A stretch of DNA of 64,000 bases from Hyphochytrium catenoides (taxonomy: Eukaryota; Protista; Hyphochytriomycota): assembly GCA_900088475.1 (NCBI GenBank), contig FLMG01000135.1:62001-126000 (forward strand), given 5' to 3'. A model generated the notes under the pieces. That model ran no database searches and had not been told where the DNA came from. It saw only the letters and a program-made list of their open reading frames with translations. Shown piece after piece: positions 25,316-39,039 of this stretch. The stretch's first letter is position 1. Each line of letters starts with the position of its first letter. Both the position numbers and the translations under genes were made by a program.

Positions 25316-26899
25316 GACGCAACTTCAGAGAGCCCTTGCAAGGTACTACACTAGTGTCTCACTGGTGGCAGGTTATACAATGATGCAGACCTTCTTCTCC
25401 TTTGGGCAGCCTTCCTCCTTCCTGGCGGCGCTGCGATGGTACCAATCTCTTGCTGCAGATGTGGCTTCTGGGAGAATGGGCAGCGCACTTGATGGATGAT
25501 GAAGGAGGAATAAACCTACGAGCAACACCGCCAAATATTACTGAGTTCTGGCTCTTGAAGGTCTTGGTGATGGCTTTAAGTGTTGACAAGAATCAGAACC
25601 AGGCCCCCCTGAAGTCCCCCTGTACTGTAGCTAGCGGGCCAACAGAGCCAGACAGAAAGAGGGCAACAAGCATTGAGTAATAATCAGTACATTGTGTTAT
25701 TGATAATCGGAGCCGGAAATCGAAAGTGAGCAGACAGAGTTTGCGTTCTGTGATTTTGAGCTTGATGATTTGAGTCACCAGCCGATGAGCTCTGTATGAT
25801 GATGGGAAGTACCAGTTCTATTATAGGCTACTAGTAATAATAAGTCAACACCGTGGGCAAAGGGAAAACAGCGTCGCTGGTGCTGCAAGAATGTCATTTT
25901 CTGCCTCTATCTCAGCAGGCGGCGGACTGAGCCGACCCTGTCATCCGCGGCATGCAGCACTTTGATAGGAAGGAGCTACTGATCATTGAGTATACTCGCT
26001 GCTCCAGCTAGTCATACATCACACAGCAGGTAAGTACGAAACAGCAGCAAGGCAGCGCGGAGCAACTGAGGATGGACGTTCGAGAAGGAGCTGCAGCTGA
26101 CTTCAGGGAAAAGAGTGCTAGGCCTTCTTCTTCCTCCTTCATGTTGGTTAATAATCCAGTAGCAGATAACAATAGTTCTATGATAGTATTATAAGAAGCC
26201 TTCTTATTTCAGGCTGAGAAGAGTTATGAGTCAAATCTAACAACCACCCCTGCCGCCTTCTTCCGAAGTACCACCTATGGCACACAGCACAGCTTAATGC
26301 CATACTGCTAAGTGATGCCGAAACATCGTGAAAGCTTCCAAGTGAGATCCGTCTGTAGCATTTCCTGGTGGCAAAAATGGAATAACGTTTGTCTCCACGT
26401 GTCGCGCAAACGGACTTATGGTGGACACCTTCTCATGTCCCCTTGCTCTGCATCTGACTGAGAGACCAAGAAACGGAAACGCTTTGCATTGTTCCTCTTG
26501 GTCTATTCTCCTTTGTTCTTTTTCTTTATGTCCATCGCGCAATCTTTCCGCATGCTGCTGGTCAGGTCTTGGGTGCTCTTGGACTATGCTCTGGCTTACA
26601 GCCTTCCGATAGTATCAGGGTGCTTCCTACGATGCCTAGTTCTTGCGACTACTACCGCATTGCTTCGCACGCCTGTCGTTGAGCGCTTTGTACCTTTAGA
26701 AGAGAATCTCCTATGAAATGTCCTCGTAGGCTATCGGACTGCTGTTCCCAACACGTTTTGTCTCGGCTACTCAGCAATGTTGTTTGGCGCCATCTCGCCA
26801 TCTTAGCCCCTAATCAAGGGGGATTGGAAGGCATGTCTCGTCAGCCAAGCCATTCGCATCGGTCGTAAAAGAGGAAGGGAAACTACCCCACAGACTATT

Positions 26900-29800
26900 C
26901 TAGTCCTCTTGAAGAGTGGTGGTAGACTGCTGCGTAAATGCTGCCAGAAGGTGCGCTGCCATCTCTCGCACTTGCAAGTTGGCGCCACTTTCACCGCCAA
27001 CTTCCTGCAGGGACCTAGATAGAGGCGACAGGTGCGCTTCAGTTTCTATCTCCATTGTCACCCGCTCGGGTTGCAATTGGAACATGCGTCTCCATCAAAC
27101 TCTCCCATCAATAATCATGTCAGCCTCTGAGGCTGTTTTTACCTCCCATGATATCTTACGCAGACTCATGTTGCTTTACTCTATAACTCCCTATCCACCC
27201 TTGCACTGAACCGTCACTTCATATAGACAGTGCATCCCATGGGCTCACCTGAACATTCCATCTCGAGCAAGAATAGTAAGATGCCCCACACTACAAAGAG
27301 CCGCCATTAGTCTGAGGGCTCCCAGCTGCACCTGTAGTTGTTAAAACTCGTGAGCTTGTCAATGGTTAGGGAGATGAGATGAAAGCAACTCGCTGAGACG
27401 AATGACCGGCTATGCGTACCGCGCCATTAGAGGACTTCAGTGCATCGAGGATCGACAATTCGACTTCAGAAGTAGCTGCAGATGGCAGCTCTTGAGTCTT
27501 CATTATCCCAATCATGGCCACCTGCAAAACCATCTCAGGGTCAAAGGAAGTGCAAGCAACGAATGTATCCAGCTTTTGACATGGAGGCGGCGTAAGGTTA
27601 CCTGAAGTCCTGCAGCCTTTATCTCTGGTAAGTCAAGCTTTCTAGATGCCTCCAGGACGAAAGGGATGATGACCGCAGCCATGGGTTTCGCCGTCTCGGT
27701 GGAAGTTCGGTTAAAAGTGCTGGCCATGGGCAAAGGAGGCAGAGGAAGGTAAGAGCGGAAGTGTTAGCCGAAGTGCAGGAACAAGATAGAGTTAAGCTCC
27801 ATACGTAGTAGAAATGAGAAATGGAGCTGGCATTCGAGGGAGGATGGGGCTCGGTTTGTACCTAATAAAAACGTTTGCTAAACATAATCGGACAGGAAGG
27901 GGAAGATGATGCTCTGAAGCCCCATTGAGTCCTTTTACAGCATCCAAATCTTGCCCTACATAGTCACTCAGGTGGTGGAATGGTGCTTCTTCTTTTACTG
28001 GGAGCGCCATAGTCGAAATGTGGCCCCTCAAAAAGCCATGTAGAAGAAGAGCAGCAAACTCAGATGCGTCGGACTCTGCGCCTGAACAAAAGCGCTTCGC
28101 TAAAAGTTAGTTGTGGGGGCCGACCGATTACTCAACGTGAACACTTTAGTACTGCCCCAAGTCTAACACTTTGCATTGCAACATCCACTAGCACTAATAT
28201 GCTGATAATCCGCCCTGTTTTGATGTCCTGGCATGGGAGCTACTGGCGGCAGCTTTCGTTCGCAATACGCTTTCCGTCATGAATCCTCACCTCTACGCTG
28301 AAGGCACTGCCTGCTCTTTTCGCTAGTTCCAGAAGCACTTCCAGATAGAGGGAGAGGCAATCAATGCATCTAAAGAGATGCGCAAGAGAGATGAATGGGT
28401 CAGAGTAAGTGCTGGTAAGCTAAAGGAAGTTAAGGTCATTTGATGGACGTAACGAAGACATCTCAGCCGCAAACCAAGTCGTAAGTGATTGTAAGTACCC
28501 ATGCTGAAGCTTTTGGAGAGGAGACTTCTCATTGCTTGCCGTCCCCTCATCCTCGTCTTGAAGCGAAAAGATATCGATACACAGGGCCACCATAAGTGCG
28601 AGGAGGCGCCTTAAATCCATCCCCATCGTCACCTCCTCAGCACTTGACTGCAAGCAGCGCATAAGGGCTGCACAGAGTGCATAGAGCTAACGGTAAGGGG
28701 TTAACAACTGTACCAACGATTGAGAATGAAAGGAAAGAGGAGGAAGCTGGTAGAGAGAAAGAAGGATACTTTAGAGATATTGAACAAGCGAAGTCACTTC
28801 GTGCTTATGGAGGACGACAGCGGGGAGGTTTAACGAGAGGGTAAGTGATCTGCACGAGACATCCTATATGCAGGCATTTAGCTGGAATCATTCACCCCGA
28901 AGTATGGATAAGTGTGGTATGTATACGCTACGAAGGTGAACGGCACCCACCATCACTTTTGAACCTTCAGTGTCAACGAGTCCTTTACTCGTGTCCCTTG
29001 CCACAGCGCAGTGTCCTTCCTCTGTCTCAGGCAAAAGCGAAAAGGCCCCCACGATGACCAATGCGTGTTTGTAATGGGACGTAGATAGAAAGGATGCGAG
29101 GCGCAGAGCCACTTCTCTTTGTAATAGAGCAAAAGGTAGGAAGGCGGCCGCTTCGGCAGCCACTTTTCGAACCTCATTGAACTCAGTAGGCTATGTTCCA
29201 TATTGCCACAGAAGGGAAGAGTAAGAGTAAGACCATCTTAAATACGGGCTCATACATAAGGCCACTGTGGCGAGATGAACAGTCGAATGAACGTAGATGA
29301 AACTGAGGGGTTCGCGGAGGAAAGGCCAAGACGGTGGAAAGTAAAGCAGTCGTCTTACTTCTGTCATCCTGCTAAACAGCTGATGTGCCAATTCTATTTG
29401 TAGCCCTATGCCCAAGGTATCTGATCGCCGTTGTGTTACAGACTCCGATACGCTGGGAAGAACTATTTTCAGAAGTAAAGTAGGACTCAGTCGGGCGAAG
29501 AGCAAGTCCCGGAAGACAAAACTTGACGTTTCGGAATCCTCCTCCAATAGCAATCTTGACACGTTCTGCTGAGACTGGAAGAGTAGAATTGTATATGTGT
29601 CGGACAGCGCAAGAGGAAAGCTTCGTTCAGTAATTTGCGCCGTTACCCTGCCTGCTTTCAATCTGGTGAGTGGCAATGCATTTCACTCGTCCCTTGGTTC
29701 TCTCTATGTGTTTAGCGGTCCTCTTCTTCCCTTACTTCCCTACCTTCATATGGTTAAGAACTTCTTGGATAAAATATTGACAGTGAAGATTCAATGATTC

Positions 29801-32800
29801 TGTGGAACAGCGAACAAGCTAGTTGGGAATGGTGAATTGCGGTTACTTCAGGTTCCAGTCTGGGAAGGTGCTAGCAGTGTAATCGAAAGGCGATGACGTC
29901 GCGTCGACAAGAAAGATTAGAGAAAGCTGAAAATGTTCACTGAAAAGAGAGCATAGGGGCCAACCTGAATGAAGGAGAGACTTGAGGGACTTCCAAAGAT
30001 TTTGACAAGAAGAAGATGGACCACTTCTCTCTGCTCTGTGTGTGATAGCTTCCTAAGGACTCTGAAAGAGATGGGAAGGTTCGTCAACTGATACCGCAGG
30101 TGACAGAAACAAAGAGAGACAGTCATCGAAAGCACCTAGTTAAAACTGCTGCCAGATTATTAATGGTGTTGTCCCGATTATCCGCCACCTCTTCCTTCTG
30201 ATGCTCTTCTTGCGATATGTGGTCGAGAAATTCACCGAAATAGTCACCTAAGGAACAACAGATGTGAGACGCCGAGGGGTGGAGGCCTAGCCAAGGAAAC
30301 ACAGATTCTTCTGCGATAGATAGGACGAAGATGTGGATGACTCAGAGGCTACAGATGCCAATTTCCTAACGGTATGCATTACAGACGTGAAAGTTGCAAG
30401 AAAGATACGTTTAAGGCCCAGGAAATGAGATCAAGAGACTGGCAGGTAGAGGCATTACTTATATTTCCGTTGTGGTTAAGAAGTAGCTCTTCCAAGGCCT
30501 TCTTCGCGACGGCCCTAGTCTTTTCTTCCTCGTCTGAGACCTTCCGACTGATCATTGAGACTGCTTGGGGTGGAAATAGCGTGGGAGCTACGAGTAGTAA
30601 TTTGTGCTCACAGGAAGGGTTGCGATCTCCAAATAGACCCAATAGCGCAGGCGTGAAGGTAGTTCTACGTGATAGAGTACGTGGGTGCCTTCGTCAAGCT
30701 AGTTACGATGCCTAACTGTTGTGAAGCTTTTCACTTCCTTTTCACCCTATTTTCCACCCTTACTGCCAAAAGTCTACCATGTAAGGGGTCGATAGTCTTA
30801 TACCCATAAAGCTGGACTCGTTCCGACACTTCACCCGATACGGCGTTGAACCCTCCTTTCTATATCAGGGTTGCACCCCACCGAGTCCCCGACCACATTC
30901 GTTACTCACCTAAGTAAGGCATTGAGCTCCTGGTAGCGAAGATCTTCCCTCGCCTTGAGTTCCTCGAGTAGCCGCCAAATTAGCTCTAACGAAATCTGAC
31001 AACGGTTATGGAACCAGAAAAACGTTTAGGGCAAAGCCAGCTATACACAGATCTAGAGGGTTTTGAGGAGAGGCTAAGTTCTATCAGTCAGCTTCATCTC
31101 GACAGCGAAACCGAGCACAACGCATAGCGGTGGTGCTTAGGTACATTGGGAAGAAGCCTTGAGCATGGATGAAGCATAAGAGATTAGAGTAAACCACCTG
31201 GTGGTTCTTGTGGTTCGCAGAACGTATCATCTGAGTGGTACTACGATCAAGCGCAGATAGAGTGCCGAATCCTGCAACGAGGAAGAGGACGAGGAAGAGG
31301 ACGAAAGGACTGATGAGTTTCAATAATGCAGAAGAACGAGTAAGAGTGAAGAGGATCAGAGCACTTCTAGTAATAGAATCATGCGTCATTCGTCAGGGGA
31401 CGTAAATTAGGGCTGGGAGGTGAAAGCAATGGAGAGTAACAAGCTGCAGAAATACCAATGGCCTCCAACGTTAGCTTCGCTGTGACATACACCGCTGTGC
31501 TTTCTGCTCCATGTTCCATCAGTGAAAGCAGTAAATTGTAAACTTGGTAAACACTCTGCACGAGGATGGTAGGTGCAGCTCAGCAGCATGGATAAATAGG
31601 GGATAGGACAGAGCAGGCATAGAGAACGCAGAGGGTGCTGACAGTCAGTGAGATAGACGATAGCTTACCTCTTTGCCCCTGAACAGCATACAAAATTCCA
31701 GGAGGGCGGTGAGGAGTGGTAGGGTTGAGTGCGGGGCATGCTGGTCTCGTTGAATAAGTGACATCAAGACCTAGAGATTAGACGTCATGGTGAGATAGAA
31801 GGATAATTATGAGACTTCGGTGGTATGCGGCGACGCCCCGAATAAAGGCCTTCGACATTTGCAAACCTGCGCAAGCTTTCCTGCTCTTGGTAAAGTGAAA
31901 GTCTGTTCAATTTGCCTCTTCTTTGCGTACCCAAGCGAAAAGGAAAGTGATAGGAGCGCCAAGCCCAGGTCTACCTGCAGGGCCCATACCTACCCACCAG
32001 CATTGGAAGGTCAGTCTCGGACGGAAGTTGGCCAGGGATCAGTATATACCGCATCCTCTGTCCTAGCAGCCTCTCTCCTTTCTCCTTTGGCATTTATCCA
32101 GCCAGTGGTTGCCGCTCTCACGACTCTGACGTCGGACTCCAGAAGATCTTCCCACGAGGATACTGTGGAACCAGGAATTATCCGCTTTACTGCCGCCATC
32201 CAATTGAAACAGAAGGCGACACAAAGTGAGGACGGCAAACTTTCCGCCTGCTTTGCATTATCATCTGTACTTCCTATTTTGGAGGTACGAGACATGCAGC
32301 CGATTACTCTCAATCATGAAAGAGTTATAAGCACAATATAGGGTAGATTCAGATTGGGATCAGAGAGGACCGTCAAACCGTCGGCCTAGCTCTTAGAGCG
32401 AGATAACTTCCGAAAGGTGATAGCAAAGAAGGGTTTCATACCCTCTTCCATGGTAGCAAAATTGTGGCGCAAGACCTTAAGCGCTGATATCAACAAACGG
32501 CTCTGGACTGCCTCCCTCTGCATCCGCCGCTCTTCTTCTTCGACGAATGACCTACAGGTCAGCTGGTCTACTAGTCAGATTTTCCATATTTGGGGATAAA
32601 GTTACCGTAGGGCCTCGGTCCCATCACACATCCCCTACCCATAATGCTCTAAGCTCGAATGTCTCTTGATATGTGAGATCCCTGGTGCCTAGATTAATGG
32701 TAAGGTTGCATCATAAGAAGATGCGGGTCAGACGAAAGATGATCTTTGGCCGACTATGAGGCATACCTAGAATGCTTAGGACCTCTTTGCAGAAGGAGTA

Positions 32801-34476
32801 TGATATAGATCCAAAACATTCCCTCGCTGCTACTGACAGCCTTGTTTGGCGGTATTGCCCCTCTGGTATAAGGGCAAAAGAAACGAAACGCGAATGGCAG
32901 GATACATCAGTAAGGTAGTTGATCTAGTGAACAATGAGGAAGTCAAATTAAGTCACAAAAGAGGTTTAACGTACTTGCGGAGTAGTGTGGAGCGTATTGC
33001 ATTACATTGAGTGCGAGAGATGGAAGGACGATGCGAGAAAACTTTCGCAAAGCACATGCATATGAAGATAGGTCTGGGGAGCTACGTGGTGGACTCATTC
33101 GATGTAGAAGAAGCCCCACGCTAACGCTAGAATGACCAGAAACTGAAGAGATAAGTGCAAATGAGACTCAATCAAGCTCGTAAGCCTACTCAAAGACGGT
33201 AGAAAAAGTGACCTTGCTCAACCAGACTAGCTACAGCACAAGAATGCATCGTATGGCAAAGGGCACTAGTATGACCAGAAAGAGCTATCCAGCGAAGACG
33301 CTCCTCTCCAGCTGTATTGTCCTGCACATATGGCTGTGATGGTCACCTCTCTGTTGAAAAGCTCGAGCAAAAGGAGGCGACGGCGTACCGGATTGGTCAC
33401 TATTAGTCGAAGAACGAGGACGATCGCTAGCTTCATTTTCTTATCTGATCCCTCCAGCACCTGATTCATAGCGTGTGAGCTTTGGTGGGACCTTCCTGCT
33501 AAGTGGTGAAAGGTAATCGGATATCTCTCCTTTATTTCCTTTCCCTATTGGCTTTTTCTCTCGGTCAGAAGCAACAGGCGTCCCTTATTATAAGCTATGC
33601 CTATCTGCGGGCGAAAGTTGTGCTTCAAGATAAACCAGCTTACTCTGTCGTCCCGCTCCCGCCCCCACTCGTCCCTCAGGCTACACCTTTTACCGCCTTA
33701 CCTCTAACAGAAAACCTGTCATCTCCGCCGGCCATGTGACAAGCATCCAGGACATGAGGCGCTGGGACCTTCTTATTCCCAACTGCTTACGGTCGTTGGT
33801 GCTGCTGAGCTTTAGCTGCAAGGCTTGCTCCAAGAAGGGAAAAGAAACGGTGGCAAGCGCATCTCTGGAGACAGAGACACATGGGGTGATTTAGGGGGTC
33901 AACAGACTATGTCGTTATGGGCTGCTAGAAGAGCTGACAAAAAGTCGGTTTGAGGGCGATCGTTTGACATCTGAGCTAGAAGAACGGAGAGGAAAGACAT
34001 TTCTTGACACCGAAGTACACTCAGGCTCTACCTAATTAGCCCTTGATCTCCAGACTTCACAACTCTAGCAATAGCATCGTAGACGGTTCCCTGGCAAAAA
34101 CTTGATATTAGTAAAGAGTCGAGCTCAAGCCTGCAGTGGATGTAAGGACCAGAGCTTTGCCCAAGATGGAGACAGAATCTGCTCGGTCCGTATGTAGCCA
34201 AGGAAGCTCTGAGACAGCGACACCAAACGATTCCTGGACATAATGTCAGAAAGGATCCTGGACATTGGAATTATATCATGTGCAAACTCCGGGTCATGCC
34301 TTCGTATGCACCCGCGATGATTGCAGTGCCCCAAGAGCTTGGCCCATATGGAGTCCGCCGAGCTCTTTTGTTGCCTCTTCAGTGGGCAGTGCGCCTGTGG
34401 GGAGTCTCCACTGCTCCTGCATGCTTCTGGGTCTGGGACTCCCTCTCTCGCTAAGTTTGGAGCTCAAAGTGTACAT
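26900..34476 (-). CDS. Large ARM/HEAT-repeat protein, many short exons
   Basis: About 7.5 kb chain of Leu-rich helical exons with GT-AG boundaries: SDEEEKTRAVAKKALEELL, LFARLSPTLLLKIVLP, EFNEVRKVAAEAAAFLP, and last exon LQVREMAAHLLAAF...QED*. From memory it resembles plant At3g57570-like ARM proteins (unverified). Start could be 34476 or 34422. Confidence 0.75.
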
Positions 34477-35294
34477 CCATGTCCGAGAAGGTTATGGCTG
34501 TTGTGGTACGTTTCCCTCCATGCACCTCTGTACGAAGCATGGCTGAAGCACTTTTGGCACGCCCTTCTGCTGACGCAAGGTCGTGGCTTATGCAATGCAG
34601 TTTAGACCTCTGCTGCTTCGCAGACCACGAGAACGCCAAGCTGCAGGAAGCTTCTGAGAGAGCTGAAGCGTGCTCGATACTCTTCTCATCCTTTCTCTGG
34701 AAGACCTTCACAGATGAGAAGAGGAGATCAGAATGAGGCCAAAGTGGCGTTACCGGCTATCTATCCGGTTGCGCTGAGTGTGACCTCCGTTCTTGCCTTT
34801 GTGTCTCAACCATCCCGGTATCCCGAATCCGAGCCTCTTCTCTTCTAGAAACAATGGTGAAGAAGGTGTATGAATCCCGGATGTCTTTAGCCAAGTACTG
34901 TAGGGGCTTCTGGTCGACGATCCGTTACAAGCAGGGAAACCTTCCTGTGAGGATGTCCCAAATGCTGGAGCATCTGATGCTGCTGCTGCTGCTGCCGCCG
35001 CTGCTGTGAGGCTCGAGGGCGATGCAGCGCTTCGTTTGGGCCCCTATTGCATGCAGATCTGTCGAGGGCCATGCAAGATCATCTCTGATCCTAATATTGC
35101 GGGATTGGGAGAAACAGAGCCACTTGCAAATAGAGTTAGAGCTGTAGCGGCGACTTCAAGAAAGGGCATATTTCACCTCGAACTTAATAACCATCAACTT
35201 GGCGATCTAGAGGCCGGAAGTGGCAGACTTGCACCTACTGCCTTGGAGCGAGACCACTAGAGCCTCCTTTCAACATACATATACGCTGGGCAGG

Positions 35295-36579
35295 ATGAGC
35301 GAAAGCCAGCAGGACGTACCTCAGACTCTTTCGGTGGCACCTGCTGAGACCGGCGGCACTACTCTGGGACAAGTCAAAGGTAGCCGCTATATGCTCATTA
35401 CCATCGGCCTAGATCGACACTGATGTGACGCTCTTGATTACCTGTAACTGGCCACATGTTTAGCTGCTGCAAGCAAGTTCGCAGGAGAAGGGTAAGACTG
35501 CCACTATAATATGTCACCACTTTGGATACTGACAAACCTGTGCAGGTTGCCCCAGACCTTCGATGAGGCAGTTAAAAGGGCCAAGGAACGGCGACAGTCC
35601 GAGCTCGCCGCAAAATCTACGACTGCTGATATGCTTTCAGATTACCACGGAAGCCACCTCGTGGCCATGCGTCCGGATGTTCACCCCATACCGAACAAAG
35701 TTATGACAAATAAGCGGCTGTCAACAGAGGGGGCTAGCCCAGCCCATGGATCCACAACCCCCACTCTATCATTCTTGGAGAAAGCTAAGGTTTGTCTGGT
35801 CCTTCTTCTCTTTGCCGTCTTTTTACCTCCTCTATGTAAATCCTGTCCGGCAATGCTCCACATCTAACATTGCCCAAGCTGGGACTGCTTTGCAAGCGGG
35901 GTCACTTCATTGCAGCCTATCCTAAGTCTAGCTGTTTCCCAGACATCTGATGTGACTAAATCCGACTCTGTTGGCAATGAGCAAATGGGGCTCACCACGG
36001 AAGGGACAGCTACGCGGTTGCCAGAAGCTACAGCCCCAAGGAGAGCGACACAGGTTGATAGTCTGCCCGTCGAAAAAGGGACTGATCTATCGTCACCCTC
36101 AACGGAAGGTCCTCTTCCAGTACCACCAGTAGCAAACCCTGGAAAGGCGACTCCTCCACCTCCTCCTACCTCATCAACCCAGAAAGTACCTGGCAGCCCT
36201 GGGCGTACTGAGTCGCGGAGAAAGGTACCTCTACCTGATTAGCACTCATCTCTACATTTTACTTACCCTGACAATTTGTCCCCGCAAATAAATATAGAGT
36301 TCAGCCAGCGCAGCTGCTGGCAAACCCTCTCAGCCCGGTCATAGAAAATCCCGCTCGAGCTCTCTTTACAAGGCTGTTCCATCCTCCATTTCGTTGAACT
36401 GCCCAGAGAATATGACCTACTCGCAGAGGGTATTTGCGCTTATCTGTCAGCTGGACACCTCCCTTCAAGTAGGAGGAACCGGAGTTCTTTCTGCAGACAT
36501 CAGATCAGAGCTTCAAGACTTTGCTGGCAAGTTGCAAAGAAAACAGAAAGAATCACCGGTCACCTCTCCCGTACACTGA
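35295..36579 (+). CDS. Hypothetical low-complexity, Pro/Ser/Thr-rich protein, multi-exon
   Basis: MSESQQDVPQ...QVK | AAASKFAGEG | LPQTFDEAVKRAKERR... | ...PGKATPPPPPTSS... | final exon YSQRVFALICQLD...ELQDFAGKLQRK. The splice sites are consistent; no family recognised; upstream exons near 34854 are possible. Confidence 0.55.
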
Positions 36580-36847
36580 ACTGCAATTCACTATTGAAGG
36601 GTGACCGGAGCCCACACAAGTTTGTTGCAATAGTACTAGAGTTTCAATGGGTCAAAGCCGTGACATCGAATTGGCTCTATTTATAGACCCGATTCCCGCG
36701 CCTTCCAGGAATAGGGCGAGCTAGGAACATAAATACTATTCACTAATGCAAAGAGGCATACGGTCTCTCTCTCTCTCTGTCCTTTCCAAACTTCTCCGGC
36801 GGTTCTTACTATTTTTCCTAGAAGCCTATCAAGTCGCTATTGTCCAC

Positions 36848-39013
36848 TTATTGTGACCTCTGATATCGCTCACGCACTGCTGCCGCAATCAGCGAGAGCG
36901 AGGTTGTGAAAATTAGTCCGAACGCGTGGGCTAAAATGAACTACAAGAGACAGAGGAACGTTTATGTTAAGATCCGTTTGCTGCCTTAGGGTGAAAAGAA
37001 GGGGTAACCAGGGCCCTCGATAAACCACCAATCGAAAGACGCACATGGGCCCACGACAACGAGACTGACGAGACTCAGGAAGATTCAAGGAACGATACAA
37101 TTTGGTGATTGTTACCTCCTTGTGCTCCGTCCAGAAGGCTCTCGCCCTCCTCATAGAGGTAACCCTTGGTAAGTGTGCCACCTCCACGCCACCCTTGGCC
37201 ATAAAGCCATAATGTACCTCTGCAACAGCCCTAACAATTGACTCTTCCAGCTCCTGGAAAAGCCAATCCAAGGCAACAATGAAAGCAAGAATGCAGAAAA
37301 TCTTCAGATCTGCGATGGATGAGAAAATAAGAACAGATAGCCTGTCGGAATGCAACAAGAGAGACTAGGATGGACAGTTGGACAGCTAGGAGGACGACTA
37401 CCTTGGTCTCTGAATCTCGTTCAATAATCCTATCCTCATTCTCTGTTACCAGGTAAACTTGCTTGTACCGAGTGTGAAGCTCATTAGCAACAACCTGAAT
37501 GAGTCGCCACTGTAAGTTCGACCTTCAACCTCACGATCTAGCTAGTCATCTCTGTCCAACTGCATCACTCTACAGGAGCCACTCACCAGGTGCATCCCGT
37601 ACTTGTCTACTGACATGTGCGCTTTCTTGAGAAGAATGGAAAGGTCCGTTTCCAGCTAAAGAGGACAAAAGGGTGGATTCATAACTTTTGGTCAATATCA
37701 GGTAAGTTATTTGGGAAGCACTACGCGAGAAGAAGAAATGGTCAACCCCGCCAGGACAAAAGTTGCCGCTCTACAGCGGACGACGAAGGTTTATTGTGAC
37801 AAACCTTGAACGAGACAAAGAATGCCTTTGGTGCCCAATTATGCCGAAGTAGGCCTAACATTTTAGGTACCTAACGGATATAAAGTCTTCAGCGTCTCAC
37901 ACAATGGTAATAGAAACACTGAGAGACACCTGCTCAAGCTGCAAGCTCAATGCCCCTTCCCTTGATTGTATCTTGTGCTGCGCTAGGTGAGAATCTGGAA
38001 TGTAAAAGTCGCTGACGGCAGCCGCTAGAAAGAAGAGAGCCTTGGGGTGGATTACTGATAAGTGGGCCAGATTGAAAGAGTACATCGGTTTACCTTGTTT
38101 CCTAAGAATTCTAATGACTCAGCCACGAGCCGCAAGAGGTAAAGATACTCCGTCACCGAGCTACACAAACATTTAAAGCGAGAGTCAAAGGATGCGAAGG
38201 AGAAAGTAGCAGGCAGTGAGGAGCGAAATACGCAGAGACCCATTCTGATTCATTGATATTGCATACTTAAATTCGATTGAGAGGAGTGTGCCGTGTTCTT
38301 TGGTGGATCGGAACGCTGTTAGGGCTAACTGAACGTCCATCATTTTCAGTCTATCCTTCACCTCCAGCTTTAGGCTGCCATTCGCTACGGACAAAATATC
38401 CGAGGGCAGAATAAAGACAAAACGTCAGAGCACAGATAAAGCGGGAAGCCCTGTTAATTCGTACCTGCAGTGTCCAAGTGGTCCATAAATGCAAGATCGA
38501 TCCCCTTTGAGACCGCAGACTGGAAACCCAGAATACCCTTAGTCGTATCGTAGAGGAAAAGCAAGTTTCCAGATAGATGAGAATACCTGCAAATGTCGAG
38601 CGAAAGGCTGCATGCAGGTGGGCCGATTAAGGAAAATGACTGCATAGCCCAAGGAAAGAAACTGCCTGAACAAGAAAGATTTAGTTTCCTACTCTGCTTT
38701 CAGTTGTTAGCTTTCATCTGACTTACTCCGCGCAAGCCGCCCCTCTTGATCCTGTGCTAAAGTTGTCCAGGAATCTGACAGTATTCTTCTCCAGCGGCAC
38801 TGTAGTCCCACCACTTGTGACGCAAACGACACAACGGCCCATCTTCTGGTGCCTCTCAAGGAAACCATTGAGCTCGACGGCGCGGGAATCCTGAACCGTA
38901 ACACAGGGTTTAAACTCGCGCACACCATGGTTGGGAGCTACGTCTCTTACCAAATTGGACGGTGCAGGTTCCGTTCTGAAGAAGTTCTCAGCATCCTGAT
39001 CTGCCGATGCCAT
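36848..39013 (-). CDS. PPCS: Phosphopantothenate--cysteine ligase (CoA biosynthesis), eukaryotic type, multi-exon
   Basis: [79 protein letters not shown]. Predicted last exon 36940-36848. Confidence 0.93.
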
Positions 39014-39039
39014 CTTAGGTGCTTCCGGAGTGATTGTCC

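Noticed and set aside
25359-26800. Several short overlapping ORFs upstream of PHO88
   Set aside because: No recognisable motifs and mutually inconsistent frames and strands.
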